Part shown: piece after piece, positions 63,754-64,000 of the stretch
Layout: every line of letters begins with the position of its first letter
How positions within the stretch are numbered: the stretch's first letter is position 1
Assembly (NCBI GenBank): GCA_036550515.1
Contig: JAXKGF010000046.1
Coordinates: 19,462-83,461, forward strand
From: Collinsella sp.
GTDB lineage: Bacteria > Actinomycetota > Coriobacteriia > Coriobacteriales > Coriobacteriaceae
Length of the DNA stretch: 64,000 bases
Direction of reading: 5' to 3'
Notes under the pieces: generated by a model
Databases searched by the model: none
Seen by the model: the letters and a program-made list of their open reading frames with translations, nothing else
What the model was told of the DNA's origin: nothing
Translations under genes and position numbers: made by a program

Positions 63754-63781
63754 TTGACCATGGCTTACTTTCGTGTATAAG
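63754..63781 (+). promoter_or_regulatory. putative promoter of the downstream DUF3793-like gene
   Basis: TTGACC, 16 nt, TATAAG. Confidence 0.4.
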
Positions 63782-63819
63782 TTTTCCTAGGCTAACAGTT
63801 TAGATCCGTAAGGAGCGAC

Positions 63820-64000
63820 GTGACTCGAACCATAGACATCCCAACGTTTCAGGCAGCAGTCGTGCGCAACTGCTCCCCCACGCTCGCGGGCATCAAGCCG
63901 GCATCGCTCTTTACCTATCCAGGCACCTACGCCCACGGGGACGGCTCGACCGCAACAGAAACCATCGCAGAACGCCGAGCACGCCTGCTCAACGTTATCG
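63820..64000 (+). CDS. DUF3793-like protein (3' end outside window)
   Basis: AAGGAG RBS plus GTG. The translation VTRTIDIPTFQAAVVRNCSPTLAGIKPASLFTYPG.. resembles the DUF3793 N-terminal C.PTLAGIKP.NLF motif. It runs off the window end, so it is absent from the ORF track. Confidence 0.55.
   Translation, partial: MTRTIDIPTFQAAVVRNCSPTLAGIKPASLFTYPGTYAHGDGSTATETIAERRARLLNVI

Overview
High-GC (about 60% by eye) bacterial chromosomal window. The gene content (Firmicutes-type glgC/glgD, the DapH acetylase branch of lysine synthesis, a sortase-type surface protein, an SdpR/SdpI pair, Y-family polymerase plus YolD) suggests a Gram-positive gut anaerobe such as a Coriobacteriia-type actinobacterium; this is inference only. 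Most of the window is housekeeping. It holds priA-def-fmt-rsmB and a 13-kb co-directional glycogen block (glgB, glgP, glgC, glgD, glgA, a GH13/GH77 fusion). A lysine-riboswitch locus has lysA reading in frame into dapA, followed by dapB and dapH. Further genes are ldh, an aminotransferase, nadE, ettA, tcdA, tatD, a frl-like (Amadori-compound) catabolic operon, two HAD phosphatases, pgi, an SOS-box Y-family polymerase/YolD pair, a large anchored surface protein and a CsoR-box HMA protein. There are two accessory spots. (1) tRNA-Ala(GGC) is followed by a roughly 2.4-kb decayed islet with an intact GIY-YIG nuclease, HigA, a small membrane protein, and truncated higB and ADP-ribosylglycohydrolase fragments at its two ends. 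(2) At 52.9-55.8 kb sits a three-gene cassette: an unknown helical protein, a ClpP-family peptidase with an intact triad, and a TM-less VirD4/TraG-type ATPase, with no relaxase or T4SS genes nearby. This cassette is my best candidate for an undescribed system. Other points worth a look are Lys/Ala-rich basic tails on GlgA and GlgB, an abrupt codon-usage shift over fmt and 5' rsmB, and several long intergenic inverted-repeat or structured-RNA-like elements (2.65, 5.3-5.7, 30.1/31.3, 38.5, 43.5-43.8 kb). All calls rest on reading motifs in the supplied translations and DNA; no database search, HMM or folding program was run. Start codons were chosen by RBS inspection and may be off.
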